A DNA stretch of 64,000 bases from Clostridia bacterium (lineage in GTDB: Bacteria; Bacillota; Clostridia; JAAYHZ01), in assembly GCA_050950825.1 (NCBI GenBank), contig JBMNIH010000005.1, forward strand, positions 1 to 64,000, written 5' to 3'. This document shows, piece after piece, positions 14,730 to 25,267 of the stretch. The notes beneath the pieces were generated by a model, which made no database searches, had not been told where the DNA came from, and worked only from the letters and a program-made list of their open reading frames with translations. How positions within the stretch are numbered: the stretch's first letter is position 1; each line of letters opens with the position of its first letter. Position numbers and translations under genes: made by a program.

Positions 14730-15530
14730 TTACCTCGAAACGAACATAAAGAAGGTCAATACGTCCATATAGTCATCGGATTCAAAGGCGATGGTCTTCG
14801 AGTCGATCTTCATGGCATCCGGATAAAAGCTGCCCCGATAAGCATAGAAATGCTCACGGTACCGGATCTCCATCCGGACCCTTCGGGGCAGCTCGATTAA
14901 GCAATCGTCAAAGTTCCCCGAAAGCGCTTCCTTTACCCCTTCTTGGATCCGACGGATCGCCAAATCCGGGTGTATGGTCCGCATGGCGTTCCCGTACCCT
15001 TCGCAAACCGCTACCGTGGTGATACCGGGAATCAGCGTTTTTGCTTCTTCGCATACTCCCTTGTCTCCCGTGATCATCAATACCGGCACACCGAAATAGG
15101 CGGCGGTGTAGGTATTGATTAAAAACTCGCTTGCCAAAGCATCGTTGATTTTAATATATTCGTAAGCGCTGTGCATGGTATGAGACATGGGGTTGGCCGC
15201 GGTCCCTCCTGCGGAATGGTATCCGGTGAAAATGACCCCGTCGTAGGATTCATCAATTCCCGCCATCATGATTAAGGGATTTCGAGCCCATCCCCTTATG
15301 ATCTCCACGCTTTCGGGAAGCCCCGCAGGGTCGATATTCCGAGCGGTATCGTGGGCGTCCTTCACGGTAATTTTTGTCGCCCCGCACTTTAAAGCGGTAT
15401 CGCAAACGGCGCTTACTTCTCTCGTCATTTGTTTACTGAAATAATCGTATCCTCTTTGGGAAGGCTCCGTTTCGTCCCAATGAGCGATTCCGGTTGTTCC
15501 TTCAATATCCGCACTGATGAATAGCTTCAT
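14730..15530 (-). CDS. dppA: D-aminopeptidase, peptidase M55 (DppA-like)
   Basis: ISADIEG, DAH, GYHS, SHT motifs. Confidence 0.9.
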   Translation of the reverse strand: MKLFISADIEGTTGIAHWDETEPSQRGYDYFSKQMTREVSAVCDTALKCGATKITVKDAHDTARNIDPAGLPESVEIIRGWARNPLIMMAGIDESYDGVIFTGYHSAGGTAANPMSHTMHSAYEYIKINDALASEFLINTYTAAYFGVPVLMITGDKGVCEEAKTLIPGITTVAVCEGYGNAMRTIHPDLAIRRIQEGVKEALSGNFDDCLIELPRRVRMEIRYREHFYAYRGSFYPDAMKIDSKTIAFESDDYMDVLTFFMFVSR

Positions 15531-15549
15531 AAAGTTCTTCTTGTCCTTT

Positions 15550-16728
15550 CTATTCCAATAATTTTAACGCGGTATTTACCTGCATCATAACGCCGATAGG
15601 CAGGCAATCCTCGTCCACATCAAAGTATTCGTTGTGCCCCGGAGCACAAATTCCTTTATCCGGATTTCCGCAGCCCAAATAATAGAAGGCTCCTTTCACC
15701 GCCTTGGCAAAGTACCCGAAATCTTCGACGCCAAGGCTGATCTGCTCTTTTTGCGAAATATTTTCCTCTCCTATTACTTCTTTTGCCGCGGCTTTTATAA
15801 CCGCCGTTATATCGGGATCGTTTACCAGCATATCGTAGCCTTTATGGAAGGCTATCTCCGCCGTCGCCCCCATTCCCTCGGCAATACCTTTTGCCATTTT
15901 TTCGATCCGTTCCTTTGCCTTTTCTCGGGTGCCTTGGTCAACGGTTCTTAAGGTCCCGATCAATTCCACTTTATCGGCTATAATGTTTGACGCCGTTCCT
16001 CCTCGAATGACGCCGAAGGTCAAAACCGCGGAATCCAAAGGAGATATCTCTCGGCTTACCACCGTCTGCAAAGCGGTGACAATCTGGGCGCTTACGGTAA
16101 TAGCGTCCGTTCCCAATTGGGGGTATGCGCCGTGGGAGCTTTTTCCCCGTACGGTGATAAAAACGTCGTCGCTGGCCGCATTCATGGTTCCCTCTTTTAA
16201 CGCAACGGTTCCCGTCCTATGAGCGGTGGAAACGTGAAGGCCGATGACGGCGTCGACATCGGGGTTTTTCAAGCACCCTAATTCGATCATTTTTTCCGCG
16301 CCGCCGGTGGATTCCTCCGCAGGCTGGAACAAAAGCTTAATGTTCCCCTTCAAAGAATCCCGGTTTTCCGCAAAGTACCGAGCGACGCCTAGCAACACGG
16401 CAACGTGAACGTCATGACCGCAGGCATGCATAATCCCTTCGTTTTTCGATCGGTAGGGAGTATCGTTTTTTTCAAGGATGGGCAAAGCGTCCATGTCGGC
16501 ACGGATGGCTACGGTTTTCCCTTCCTTCCCGCCTTTAATCAGACCTATGACGCAGGTACTGTCAGGATAGACGGTAACGGATATGCCTAAATCCTTTAAA
16601 ATCTCTTGAATTTTCTTCGACGTACGAAATTCCCGATTTCCCAATTCCGGGTACATATGAAAATCTCTTCGAATTTCCGTCAGCCAAGGGCCCATACTTT
16701 GTATTTTTTCTCGAATCGCATCGTCCAT
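15550..16728 (-). CDS. M20 amidohydrolase (Acy1/YkuR-like)
   Basis: RADMDALP, MHACGHD, FQPAEE, EDF. Confidence 0.93.
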   Translation of the reverse strand: MDDAIREKIQSMGPWLTEIRRDFHMYPELGNREFRTSKKIQEILKDLGISVTVYPDSTCVIGLIKGGKEGKTVAIRADMDALPILEKNDTPYRSKNEGIMHACGHDVHVAVLLGVARYFAENRDSLKGNIKLLFQPAEESTGGAEKMIELGCLKNPDVDAVIGLHVSTAHRTGTVALKEGTMNAASDDVFITVRGKSSHGAYPQLGTDAITVSAQIVTALQTVVSREISPLDSAVLTFGVIRGGTASNIIADKVELIGTLRTVDQGTREKAKERIEKMAKGIAEGMGATAEIAFHKGYDMLVNDPDITAVIKAAAKEVIGEENISQKEQISLGVEDFGYFAKAVKGAFYYLGCGNPDKGICAPGHNEYFDVDEDCLPIGVMMQVNTALKLLE

Positions 16729-16746
16729 ATAAACAATACCTTCCTA

Positions 16747-18498
16747 TTAGAATTCCTCGCCGCCTTCGTCGCCCCAGTGGTCGTAAAATTGGGTACCTCT
16801 CCATATACGGGATAATAAGGCGCGGTGGGTGGTTTGGTGAGAAACCCATTCGTCTATCCGGGTCAAACCGAAGCTCTGCCAATCGGTGAAAAAGTCCCGA
16901 ATTTCCACCGGATCGTGGATTCCATTCAGCATGGATTTTCTTTTGATCCTGACATAGCGTAAAGAAAGCCTTGCCTTCGCCACTCTATACAAGGCCAAAG
17001 GATTTCCTTTCACCGCTTCCTCCGCCTTGTCAAAGATCTTGTCGTATATATCCAGCATATCCTCTTCCAAATATTCGGTGTAAAGGTGATCGTTGAATCC
17101 GATGTGGATATTATCCTTTTCCACTTTGTCCGTCAATGTTTTTATATATTCTCGAATATACGGAGCGGCTTCTTGGTAATAATAGTCCGTAAATTCCTCC
17201 ATGTGTTTTTTAACGTCGGTATAGGGGTTCCATAAAAGCTTGGATATGATGTATGCCCGAAGCTCGTTCAAATCCGTTCCGCCTCCGGCGGCTCCGTTCG
17301 CCTGCTCGAATACGCCCTTTACGTTGTTTCGAACCATGGCTTGAATATTAGGCTGCAGCACGTTCCAATTGGGGTGCGGCTTCGGGTAATGAGCGAAGCA
17401 GGTGGTATAGTCCCATATGTACAAGCGGTCGGAAACCTTGCCCCAATCCTCCAGGTCCCGTATAAACGAGGTATAGGTTCCGTCCTGCCTGCGGGTCATC
17501 CGGTTGGCATCATTGCAGGTTTCAAAGGAATGAGAAAAACAGCATTCGATGGAGCAAAGCCGTACGCAAACGTTGTGCCTCGGCCTTGTAATTTTCGGCG
17601 CTTGGCGCGTATATTGGTAAGCCAAGGTGTCAAACAGAATATGAGGAAACTCAGGCTCTAAGGCCTCCGCAATGGCGTTAACAAAGCGGAGCAGCGTTCC
17701 GGAAGGGGAGCCTTCCTCTTCGTCCGTCTTTTTACAAGTAGGGCATTGGCAGTTGCCGAACCAGTCGTTTTGGGATATGGAAATGATCCTTGCATAAGGA
17801 TTGTCCAAAAGAGCCTTTCGTACGCTTTGTATGGATATTTCCAAAACGTCGGGATTCGTTAAGCACAATTGGAACCTTCCGCTTAGAACCGGCCTTTTCC
17901 CGTTTACCAAAGCGTAGTATTCCGGGTGGTCCTTTGCATACAGCTCCGGAGGAACCATGCGTTCGAAGGTATGGACATACCAAGCGTAGCCGATGTATCC
18001 TCCGTGCTTTTCCCGTATCCGATGGTGGCTTCCGTTTAATCGGCATTTCACGGCAAACCTCGTATGCTTAACCGCATCCGTGTAGTTGTGTTCCCGATAT
18101 TCCAATACGGGTACTTGTTTTTCATTCAACGTCGGCAATTCCAACGTGGCCGATGCGGGTATTTTCTCGCAATAGGGAGTAAAGAATCGACATCCTAATC
18201 GTTCCAAAAATTCATAGGCTCCGTAAATGACACCCCGTTTTCCCCCGGTGATATAAAGGTTGTTCTCTTCCGTGGTCAAGGTGAAGCCGTCTTCTCCCAA
18301 ATCGGTGTTATCCGTTCTTTGCAATAAAATGCAAGGCATATCCGTTCTTTTATCGGCAATCTCGAAATTGGCTGTGGTAATAAGGCTTAAGTAATATCGA
18401 AGCTCCGAGGCCGCGTATTTAACCTGCTCCGGAGCGTTTTCCCCCGTTACGATGATCATACAGGGCTTCGCGTCCTTTGCTATGTACCCGCTTTTCAT
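16747..18498 (-). CDS. DUF4838-domain protein with GH20/GH67-like N-terminal domain
   Basis: GKRGVIYGAYEFLE; HPEYYAL..G; QLCLTNP; TLAYQYT. Confidence 0.8.
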   Translation of the reverse strand: MKSGYIAKDAKPCMIIVTGENAPEQVKYAASELRYYLSLITTANFEIADKRTDMPCILLQRTDNTDLGEDGFTLTTEENNLYITGGKRGVIYGAYEFLERLGCRFFTPYCEKIPASATLELPTLNEKQVPVLEYREHNYTDAVKHTRFAVKCRLNGSHHRIREKHGGYIGYAWYVHTFERMVPPELYAKDHPEYYALVNGKRPVLSGRFQLCLTNPDVLEISIQSVRKALLDNPYARIISISQNDWFGNCQCPTCKKTDEEEGSPSGTLLRFVNAIAEALEPEFPHILFDTLAYQYTRQAPKITRPRHNVCVRLCSIECCFSHSFETCNDANRMTRRQDGTYTSFIRDLEDWGKVSDRLYIWDYTTCFAHYPKPHPNWNVLQPNIQAMVRNNVKGVFEQANGAAGGGTDLNELRAYIISKLLWNPYTDVKKHMEEFTDYYYQEAAPYIREYIKTLTDKVEKDNIHIGFNDHLYTEYLEEDMLDIYDKIFDKAEEAVKGNPLALYRVAKARLSLRYVRIKRKSMLNGIHDPVEIRDFFTDWQSFGLTRIDEWVSHQTTHRALLSRIWRGTQFYDHWGDEGGEEF

Positions 18499-18735
18499 AG
18501 GATCGATCCTCCTTTTACAATTTTTACGTTTTTACTTTTGCTCCTATCATACCATAGAATGACATTTTTTTGATCTATAGGAATTATAAATCTTAACAAA
18601 GGCTCCTACATGAACTTTCCTTATCATTCCGGCTTTTTATTGTTTTTAAGCCGCGTTTAGGGTAATATATAGGAGGAATGAAGGTTCTTTATTTCCAAAA
18701 TCTCCGGCATAATACCTGCGATAAGGAGGGAAAAT

Positions 18736-19770
18736 ATGGAGAAAGTTAGAGTCGTATTTATTGGCTGTGGCGGCATTGCACGCTACCATGCAAATCACCT
18801 AAAGCAAATGGACGATGTACAGGTCGTAGCCGTTGCGGATCCTATGGAGGATCGGACCCGGTCTTTTCAAGAAATGTTCCCCGGAGCAAAAGCGTATAAG
18901 AATCATCGGGAAGTGTTGGCGGATTTGGACGAATTGAAGCCTCATGCCGCTTACATATGCATTCCTCCTTTTGCTCACGACGATTTGACGGAAATCGGGT
19001 TCATTGAAAAGGGGCTGGCCTTGTACGTGGAAAAGCCCATGGCGCTGGACATCAACAAAGCAAAAAAAGTACGGGATAAAATCATGCAGTACAACGCCGT
19101 AACCTCCGTAGGCTTTCAGCTTCGTTATTTATCGTTCCTGAACGAAGCCAAACGGTTCGTTGAACGCTTCCGGCCGGCTACCATTTATGCCAACCGCATC
19201 GGCGGGCTTCCCGGAGTTTATTGGTTCAACAATTACGACATGTCCGGAGGCCAATTGGTGGAGCAAAACATTCACACCGTGGACATGCTACGCTATATTT
19301 TCGGCGACATTAAGCGGGTTTACGGCGTCGCCGCAAACAACTACATCAAAATGGACAATTACGATATCGACGACCATTCCACTTGTCTTTTCACATTCAA
19401 AAGCGGCGCCATCGTAACGGTAAACACCGGTTGCTACATTCCTCCGAGAAAGAAAAACCAAGGGCTGGAGCTGAACGTGGAAAGGTCCACCCCGGCACCG
19501 AATTACAACCACATCATGATGATCAGCGATCATGCCGTAGGACTTTGCGATTACTTCAGTTCCTTTACGGAATGGCTGGATACGGGCGAATCGAACGTAT
19601 ACACGGATAAAAGCGATTACGGGTTTACCGCCGACCGTACCTTCATCGACGCCGTAAAAGCAAACGACCCGTACATGGTGAAGTCTCCTTACCGGGATGC
19701 GTATAAAACATTAGAAGCGGTATTGGCCGCCAACGAGTCTTTCAAGACAGGAAAGGTGATTGAATTATGA
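18736..19770 (+). CDS. Gfo/Idh/MocA-family NAD(P) oxidoreductase
   Basis: IGCGGIA, EKPMA, SGG..VEQNIH..D. Confidence 0.92.
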   Translation: MEKVRVVFIGCGGIARYHANHLKQMDDVQVVAVADPMEDRTRSFQEMFPGAKAYKNHREVLADLDELKPHAAYICIPPFAHDDLTEIGFIEKGLALYVEKPMALDINKAKKVRDKIMQYNAVTSVGFQLRYLSFLNEAKRFVERFRPATIYANRIGGLPGVYWFNNYDMSGGQLVEQNIHTVDMLRYIFGDIKRVYGVAANNYIKMDNYDIDDHSTCLFTFKSGAIVTVNTGCYIPPRKKNQGLELNVERSTPAPNYNHIMMISDHAVGLCDYFSSFTEWLDTGESNVYTDKSDYGFTADRTFIDAVKANDPYMVKSPYRDAYKTLEAVLAANESFKTGKVIEL

Positions 19771-20570
19771 CGGTAAAGGCAGGTTTAACGCAGATTATTG
19801 TTCCCGAGAACTGCAAAACGTTTTTGGACATTGCCAAAAACACGGGGTACGATTGCGTGGAGCTTTTGCTGAAGCAAAAGGAAGGATACATTCACCCCGG
19901 CTCTACGGACGAAGAAATCCGGGAAGTGAGAGCCTATGCGGAAAGCTTGGGTCTTGACATCGTCTCCACATGCATCGGAAGAGGTTCATATAACCTCCTT
20001 GATTCCGGAGAAATACAAGAAAAAGGTATCCAAGAAGCCATCGAGGGTTTAAAGGTAACCGCAAAGCTGGGAGCAAAGGTGATGCTCCATACCTTAGGCT
20101 CCTTTTCACCGGATCTGTATTACGAAGACGCTTACAACAACGCCGTAAAATCCTTAAAGGAAATCGCCAAGGGAGCCGAAGAAGCGGGCTGCTCATTGGC
20201 CGTGGAAATGGTATGGAACGGATTTTTGTTCAGTCCTTTGGAAATGCGGAATTTAATCGACGAAGTAGGAAGCGAATACATCGGCTTCTACTTTGACCCC
20301 GGAAACATGGCGGTGTTCCAATACCCGCAGCATTGGGTTCGGGCTTTAGGAAAAAGAACCAAGATGGTACATATGAAGGATTACAAAGGAGGTCCCTTGA
20401 ACGGGAAATGGACCGCATTGCTGGACGGAGGTGTCAACTTCCAAGCGGTCATGAAGGAATTAAAAGCTGCGGGTGTTCCCCCGGTATTTATCAGCGAAGT
20501 GGATAAAAGCTTGGACAGCTTTGAGAACACCGCAAAGAAAATCAAGGAAATTGCCCTCTTCTACGCTTAA
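19767..20570 (+). CDS. sugar phosphate isomerase/epimerase (AP endonuclease 2 TIM barrel)
   Basis: E...DPGN...HMKD...E metal ligands; ATGA overlap with upstream gene. Confidence 0.88.
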   Translation: MTVKAGLTQIIVPENCKTFLDIAKNTGYDCVELLLKQKEGYIHPGSTDEEIREVRAYAESLGLDIVSTCIGRGSYNLLDSGEIQEKGIQEAIEGLKVTAKLGAKVMLHTLGSFSPDLYYEDAYNNAVKSLKEIAKGAEEAGCSLAVEMVWNGFLFSPLEMRNLIDEVGSEYIGFYFDPGNMAVFQYPQHWVRALGKRTKMVHMKDYKGGPLNGKWTALLDGGVNFQAVMKELKAAGVPPVFISEVDKSLDSFENTAKKIKEIALFYA

Positions 20571-20615
20571 CCGATAGAAGGCGGGGTTTTTACGTATGCC
20601 AAAGGAGGAGAAAGC

Positions 20616-22223
20616 ATGCTGCCGGTTATGAAAGATCAGATATTAGCCACGACGGTTTTAATTTTAACAACACTTACACTGATGTTTTTGTTCGTATCAT
20701 GTTCGAACACGAATGACAATATTCAAAAAGAAACGGAACCCGTAACGCAAGAGGAAACCGTAACCGAAGCCGAGTCGACGCAGGCGCAATCGGAGGAAGT
20801 GCCGACGGAACCGACGCTTCCGACCAATCCGGACAAATTCTACTGCATCACGGATTTCGGTGCTAAAGGCGACGGGGTAACGGACGATACGCAAGCCATC
20901 CAAGCGGCTCTCAACGCCGCTTCCGAAGGAGGGACCGTATATTTCCCCTCCGGGACTTACTTGGTTACGAAAACTCTTACCTTTAAAAGCGGGGACCTTA
21001 CGGTTTACGGCAACGGAAAAACGACCCACATTATTTTCACATACGAACAAAAGGCAAGCGACCAGCCTCAAAATGCAAGCCTCTTTTTCTTTGGCGCCGC
21101 CAACAACAACATTACCTTCAAGGATATGAAATTGGAATACCGAGGCGAATTCTTCCCCAATTTCGGCGACTCCTACAAGGGCTTGGTCAGCGGGCTGTAT
21201 ATCATGAGGAGCGACAACGTACTCATTGAAAACGTGGAGATTTTCGGCTTTAATGCCAGCGGCATTTCGGTCGGAACATCCACCATCGTTTATTCCAAAA
21301 ACATCCGTATCGACAAATGCAACCTGCACCACAACCGGGTAGCGGGAATTCTGTACGGAAACGTAGACGGTATTTCCATCACCAACTGCAGCTTGGAGTA
21401 CAACGGTTCCCGGCCTGACGGAGGTACCGGATACGGCTGTGCAGGGTCCAGCGGCTCCGTACCGAAAAACGTTCAGATTATCGGGAACAGAGCCAATTAC
21501 AACTACCGTAAAGGTATCGACCTCCACGCCGGTATTTACGCCATCATCGAAGGCAATATCTGTACCGGAAACCGTTTATACGGGATTTATACGGAAGGAC
21601 GAAACACCGCCGATATCATCATAGCCAACAACATCATCAACGGAATGAACTATAATAAGCTGGATATCGGTGAACCGTATACCTGGATCAACGGAATTTC
21701 CATCGGGGTTTACGATACGGGGGACGACAAGTACACCCACAACTACACCATCACCGGAAATATCATCAAAGAATTCGGATTGACGGAGGGCGATGCTTAT
21801 CCCATATACATCTATCATGCGAATCCTTCCGGACATATCCAAATTAAGGACAACATTATGATCGTAAACGATGTCACCAATCTGGTACGGTTCTCAAGAG
21901 GTGCAGGAAACAGCTTTTACGACATATCCATCGACATCAGCGCAAACCAAGGGACGGTTCTCGGAAACGTGAAGGCCGCGCCGATTCAAATAGGCTATTA
22001 CGACAAATTGAATGTTTTTAACAACCAAATCACCTTTACCAAGCCTTTGAGAACAACCGTTGTGGATATTAACAACAAGCAGGACTGCCAAGCTTTCGTG
22101 GCATTCAACAACTTTACCGTTCCGGAATACGACAAGAGTGATGTTGTGAACCTGCGCAACGCTTATGATAATGTGAAGCTTGTCAAAATGAACAACTTCT
22201 TAAACGGGGATTTGATTGAATAA
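20616..22223 (+). CDS. lipoprotein with right-handed beta-helix (pectate-lyase-3/GH55-like)
   Basis: Lipobox FVSC, E/T/P-rich linker, [17 protein letters not shown], Asn-rich repeats. Confidence 0.85.
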   Translation: MLPVMKDQILATTVLILTTLTLMFLFVSCSNTNDNIQKETEPVTQEETVTEAESTQAQSEEVPTEPTLPTNPDKFYCITDFGAKGDGVTDDTQAIQAALNAASEGGTVYFPSGTYLVTKTLTFKSGDLTVYGNGKTTHIIFTYEQKASDQPQNASLFFFGAANNNITFKDMKLEYRGEFFPNFGDSYKGLVSGLYIMRSDNVLIENVEIFGFNASGISVGTSTIVYSKNIRIDKCNLHHNRVAGILYGNVDGISITNCSLEYNGSRPDGGTGYGCAGSSGSVPKNVQIIGNRANYNYRKGIDLHAGIYAIIEGNICTGNRLYGIYTEGRNTADIIIANNIINGMNYNKLDIGEPYTWINGISIGVYDTGDDKYTHNYTITGNIIKEFGLTEGDAYPIYIYHANPSGHIQIKDNIMIVNDVTNLVRFSRGAGNSFYDISIDISANQGTVLGNVKAAPIQIGYYDKLNVFNNQITFTKPLRTTVVDINNKQDCQAFVAFNNFTVPEYDKSDVVNLRNAYDNVKLVKMNNFLNGDLIE

Positions 22224-22244
22224 GCGAAAAAGAAAGTGTATAGT

Positions 22245-22291
22245 GGAAAGAAAGACGGCCTTTTGTGCCCGTCTTTCTTTCCTTTCTTTTT
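22245..22291 (+). terminator. intrinsic terminator
   Basis: 14-bp stem GGAAAGAAAGACGG/CCGTCTTTCTTTCC then T-rich tail. Confidence 0.75.
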
Positions 22292-22329
22292 ATACGGGAA
22301 AAAATTTATGTCAATAGACGAGGAAGCTT

Positions 22330-22869
22330 ATGATTTTTGATGATGCCATACTGCGCGAGATCGGTATATTCCAATACGGAATCGTCGAAGCAAAGGATAT
22401 CGTTTTTGCCAACGAGGTTCGAAGGCTGTGCGAAAGAAATTTATGTCGAAATTACGGCATCACATGGGCCTGTCCCCCGGCGGTAGGAACGGTGGAAGAG
22501 TGCAAGGCCAAATGTATGGAATACGACGAAGGATTGGTTTTCAGCGGTAAATACGATTTGGAGGATTCCTTCGACTACGAAGGAATGGTCAACGGGCTGA
22601 AGGAATTTAAAAAGGTCTGCGACCGGCTGTATGCCCTGGCTAAAGAAAAAAGCTTCGACTTTATGCTTTTTTCCAACGAGGGCTGCCAACGGTGCGACTC
22701 CTGCACCTACCCGGACAACCCCTGCCGGTACCCGGATAAGCTGTTTCCTTCCGTAGAAAGCTTCGGGATTATGGTTCCCTTGTTGGCAAACTCTGCGAAG
22801 ATCAATTACATCAACGGAGCCGGTACCGTCACCTATTTCGGTATGCTGTTGTATAAAAAAGAGGCATAA
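22330..22869 (+). CDS. DUF2284 Cys-rich putative metal-binding protein
   Basis: CERNLC..YG..WACPP; GC..C..C; PCRYP..PSVE. Confidence 0.85.
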   Translation: MIFDDAILREIGIFQYGIVEAKDIVFANEVRRLCERNLCRNYGITWACPPAVGTVEECKAKCMEYDEGLVFSGKYDLEDSFDYEGMVNGLKEFKKVCDRLYALAKEKSFDFMLFSNEGCQRCDSCTYPDNPCRYPDKLFPSVESFGIMVPLLANSAKINYINGAGTVTYFGMLLYKKEA

Positions 22870-22879
22870 AATATGAATG

Positions 22880-22917
22880 AAAGAAGCCTATACCCCGCCG
22901 GCATAGGCTTCTTTTTT
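22880..22917. terminator. bidirectional terminator between convergent genes
   Basis: AAAGAAGCCTAT...ATAGGCTTCTTT followed by T run. Confidence 0.8.
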
Positions 22918-22929
22918 CGTTTTTTTCCT

Positions 22930-23892
22930 TTATTCTATAAAGTTGTCCAAAAACTCTTTAAACGGTTCGGACACCTTGTGTCGGGAGATAAATCCGATGG
23001 AAGGATAATAGGGCATTTCCATATACAAGCCGGTTTTTGTAACGATGCGGATCAGGACCGTATTTTCCAATAGACTCGCTCCGCTTTGCCCGGGAGATAC
23101 CGAAGGAATCACGGATTGTCCTAAATTCGGTAAAGTCGGTGTGTTTCCCGCGATGTTTCCCTTCCCCTGCACCAAATCAAAATATTCCTTCGAGGAGTCC
23201 TTTAATATGGAATAGTTATTGTAGAAGGTGCGGATATCCGTAGAATCGGTCAATTCCGCCGTCACCTTTACGGAGCCTTCCTTTTTTTGATCTTTTGCAA
23301 AGAACTGAATTTTTGCGATGTCATCCGGGCTCTTGATGCCGTAAAGGGATAAATAGGTAGCCGTGTCTTCGTCTTGGTTATCCAAATACCGTCGGAAGGC
23401 ATAAAATTCAAACAACCGGTTTCCTTCGTCGGTTTTGACAACCACCACCGCCTCCCCCTTTGCCGGCAAGTATTCAAAGAAGTCTTTGCCTATAAACGGT
23501 TCGTCTCCTTCTTCAATGGTCCCGATTTTCTTTCCGATTTGGTCGTCGGAAACGGTATCGGCAAAACCGTATTCGCTTCTTTTATCCTCCGTTAAGAGGG
23601 TATAATACCTGCTTTTAAATTGAAATTGCCGGGAGGACAAATCGATATCCATTTGCTCCCGTTCTCCGGGATCGTGAATACTGCCGCCCGGCCTTGTTAC
23701 GGCAAAAATACCGATGCCGACGGCCAAAACCAGTACAAAAGCCAAAACCGGCTTCTTTATACGATTCCAAGCTCCCGACGGTTCTTTTTTGGGCGTTTCG
23801 TCCTTTCGTAAAATTTTATTCAACATTCGATCAACCTCCTTTTCATTGGGCTTCAATTGTTCGAAAGCATTTTTCAATTCTTCTTTTTTCAA
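22930..23892 (-). CDS. putative anti-sigma factor (single TM, extracytoplasmic C-terminus)
   Basis: Overlaps ECF stop codon; short charged N-terminus, one TM segment. Confidence 0.7.
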   Translation of the reverse strand: MKKEELKNAFEQLKPNEKEVDRMLNKILRKDETPKKEPSGAWNRIKKPVLAFVLVLAVGIGIFAVTRPGGSIHDPGEREQMDIDLSSRQFQFKSRYYTLLTEDKRSEYGFADTVSDDQIGKKIGTIEEGDEPFIGKDFFEYLPAKGEAVVVVKTDEGNRLFEFYAFRRYLDNQDEDTATYLSLYGIKSPDDIAKIQFFAKDQKKEGSVKVTAELTDSTDIRTFYNNYSILKDSSKEYFDLVQGKGNIAGNTPTLPNLGQSVIPSVSPGQSGASLLENTVLIRIVTKTGLYMEMPYYPSIGFISRHKVSEPFKEFLDNFIE

Positions 23893-24380
23893 AGCTCTTC
23901 AGCCTCCATTTCCATTTTTAAACGCTTTCTGCCGTGGTGAAGGCGGCTTCTTACGGTGGATTCTTTCATCCCCAGGATCTTTGCAATCTCCGAGGAAGTA
24001 TAGCCTTCGTAATAATACATGTAGATCGCCGTCTTGTATTTCGGAGGAAGTTCCAAAACCTTTTCCAAAGCTTCGTTGAACCGATATTGGTCGTAATGAG
24101 CCGATTCCTGCAGGGAATCGTAATTTAAGGATATCCTTTTTCGGCTCTTAAAAAAATCCTTGCAAAGATTAACGGCAGTCCGAATCAGCCATGCTTTCTC
24201 GTGCTCGTTGCTTTCAAAGGTTACGGAATCATCCCTCATCAAACGAATAAAGGTGTTTTGCACCATGTCTTCGGTATCGTGGGGATTCTTTACGTATAAA
24301 TAGCAAACACGGTAAACGGTCTGCACATGGCGGAGGTATATTTCCGTTATCTCCCGATCGGTCATTCTGTTCTTCGTCAT
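23889..24380 (-). CDS. ECF RNA polymerase sigma factor
   Basis: EDMVQNTF, AWLIRTAVNLC, EIAKILG...TVRSRLH. Confidence 0.93.
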   Translation of the reverse strand: MTKNRMTDREITEIYLRHVQTVYRVCYLYVKNPHDTEDMVQNTFIRLMRDDSVTFESNEHEKAWLIRTAVNLCKDFFKSRKRISLNYDSLQESAHYDQYRFNEALEKVLELPPKYKTAIYMYYYEGYTSSEIAKILGMKESTVRSRLHHGRKRLKMEMEAEEL

Positions 24381-24410
24381 TGGTGCCTTGTCAACTCCTC
24401 CTTTCATAAA

Positions 24411-24440
24411 CAATACGATTGGGTAAGGAGAAACGTTGAA
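24411..24440 (-). promoter_or_regulatory. ECF-type autoregulatory promoter
   Basis: TTCAAC-N17-CGTATT immediately upstream of the ECF gene. Confidence 0.7.
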
Positions 24441-24550
24441 TAAAATATCAAAATTTTTATTTTTCTTTTCAAAAAAAGCAGGATCGTAAATCCTGCCTTT
24501 CATGCTTTATTATACAACATTTTTATTATTCTTTAAATATTTCGTTTTGC

Positions 24551-25105
24551 TCACTCGTCCTTCTTTTTAACCTTAGTTTCACCGGTTACGGACGCACCTT
24601 CATCCAAGCGGAAGGATTCTTGAATCTCTTCATTCATAAAATACAGATTGCCGTCGATCTTTCCGTCAACCAAAGCAAATCCTTTGGCTTCCACGTATAC
24701 GTCCCCTACAAAGGTACCGCCTTGAAGTCGGGTGTTTTCGCTTCGAACGGTCAAGGTAGGCGCTTGCAGCTTGTACGACTTGGTTTTGTTACGATTTTCG
24801 TCTTGGTCGTACATCGCAATTTTCCGAGCCGGTTCGTTGTTATGGGTAAAATTTCCCTCTACAACGATATCCTCGGTAAATTCCAAATCGTCGGTTAAGA
24901 TAATGATCCATGTACCGTTTTTGCCGGCGGCTTTGGTAAACGAATCCTTGTCATCAACTACGGATGCCGACGATACCGCATCGGTATCCTTTTGGGTTGT
25001 TGTTTCTTTTTTATTGTCCTCGCCGGTTCCGCATCCGATAAAACCGACCAAAATAAAGATACTTAAAAGTAAAAGAAGCGTTTTGTTTCTCACGATTTTT
25101 TTCAT
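24551..25105 (-). CDS. lipoprotein with DAVSSAS motif and beta-rich (bactofilin-like) domain
   Basis: Lipobox FIGC; GTFVGDVYV...IDGNLYF repeats. Confidence 0.75.
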   Translation of the reverse strand: MKKIVRNKTLLLLLSIFILVGFIGCGTGEDNKKETTTQKDTDAVSSASVVDDKDSFTKAAGKNGTWIIILTDDLEFTEDIVVEGNFTHNNEPARKIAMYDQDENRNKTKSYKLQAPTLTVRSENTRLQGGTFVGDVYVEAKGFALVDGKIDGNLYFMNEEIQESFRLDEGASVTGETKVKKKDE

Positions 25106-25194
25106 GATTCCGGTCCTCCTGTCCTGTTTTTCTTTCTATAGTTTTTGTACTATTTAACAAGAATATTAATTTTCATCGAAACCTTTTTCGCGAA

Positions 25195-25223
25195 TTGACA
25201 GCCCGTGCAATTCTATGTAAACT
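25195..25223 (+). promoter_or_regulatory. sigmaA promoter
   Basis: TTGACA-N17-TAAACT. Confidence 0.7.
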
Positions 25224-25267
25224 GGATATCATATTGTGTAGACTTTAATAACAGGGATACGGCATTT

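Noticed and set aside
20697-21527. 276-aa antisense ORF
   Set aside because: Explained by codon bias of the beta-helix gene
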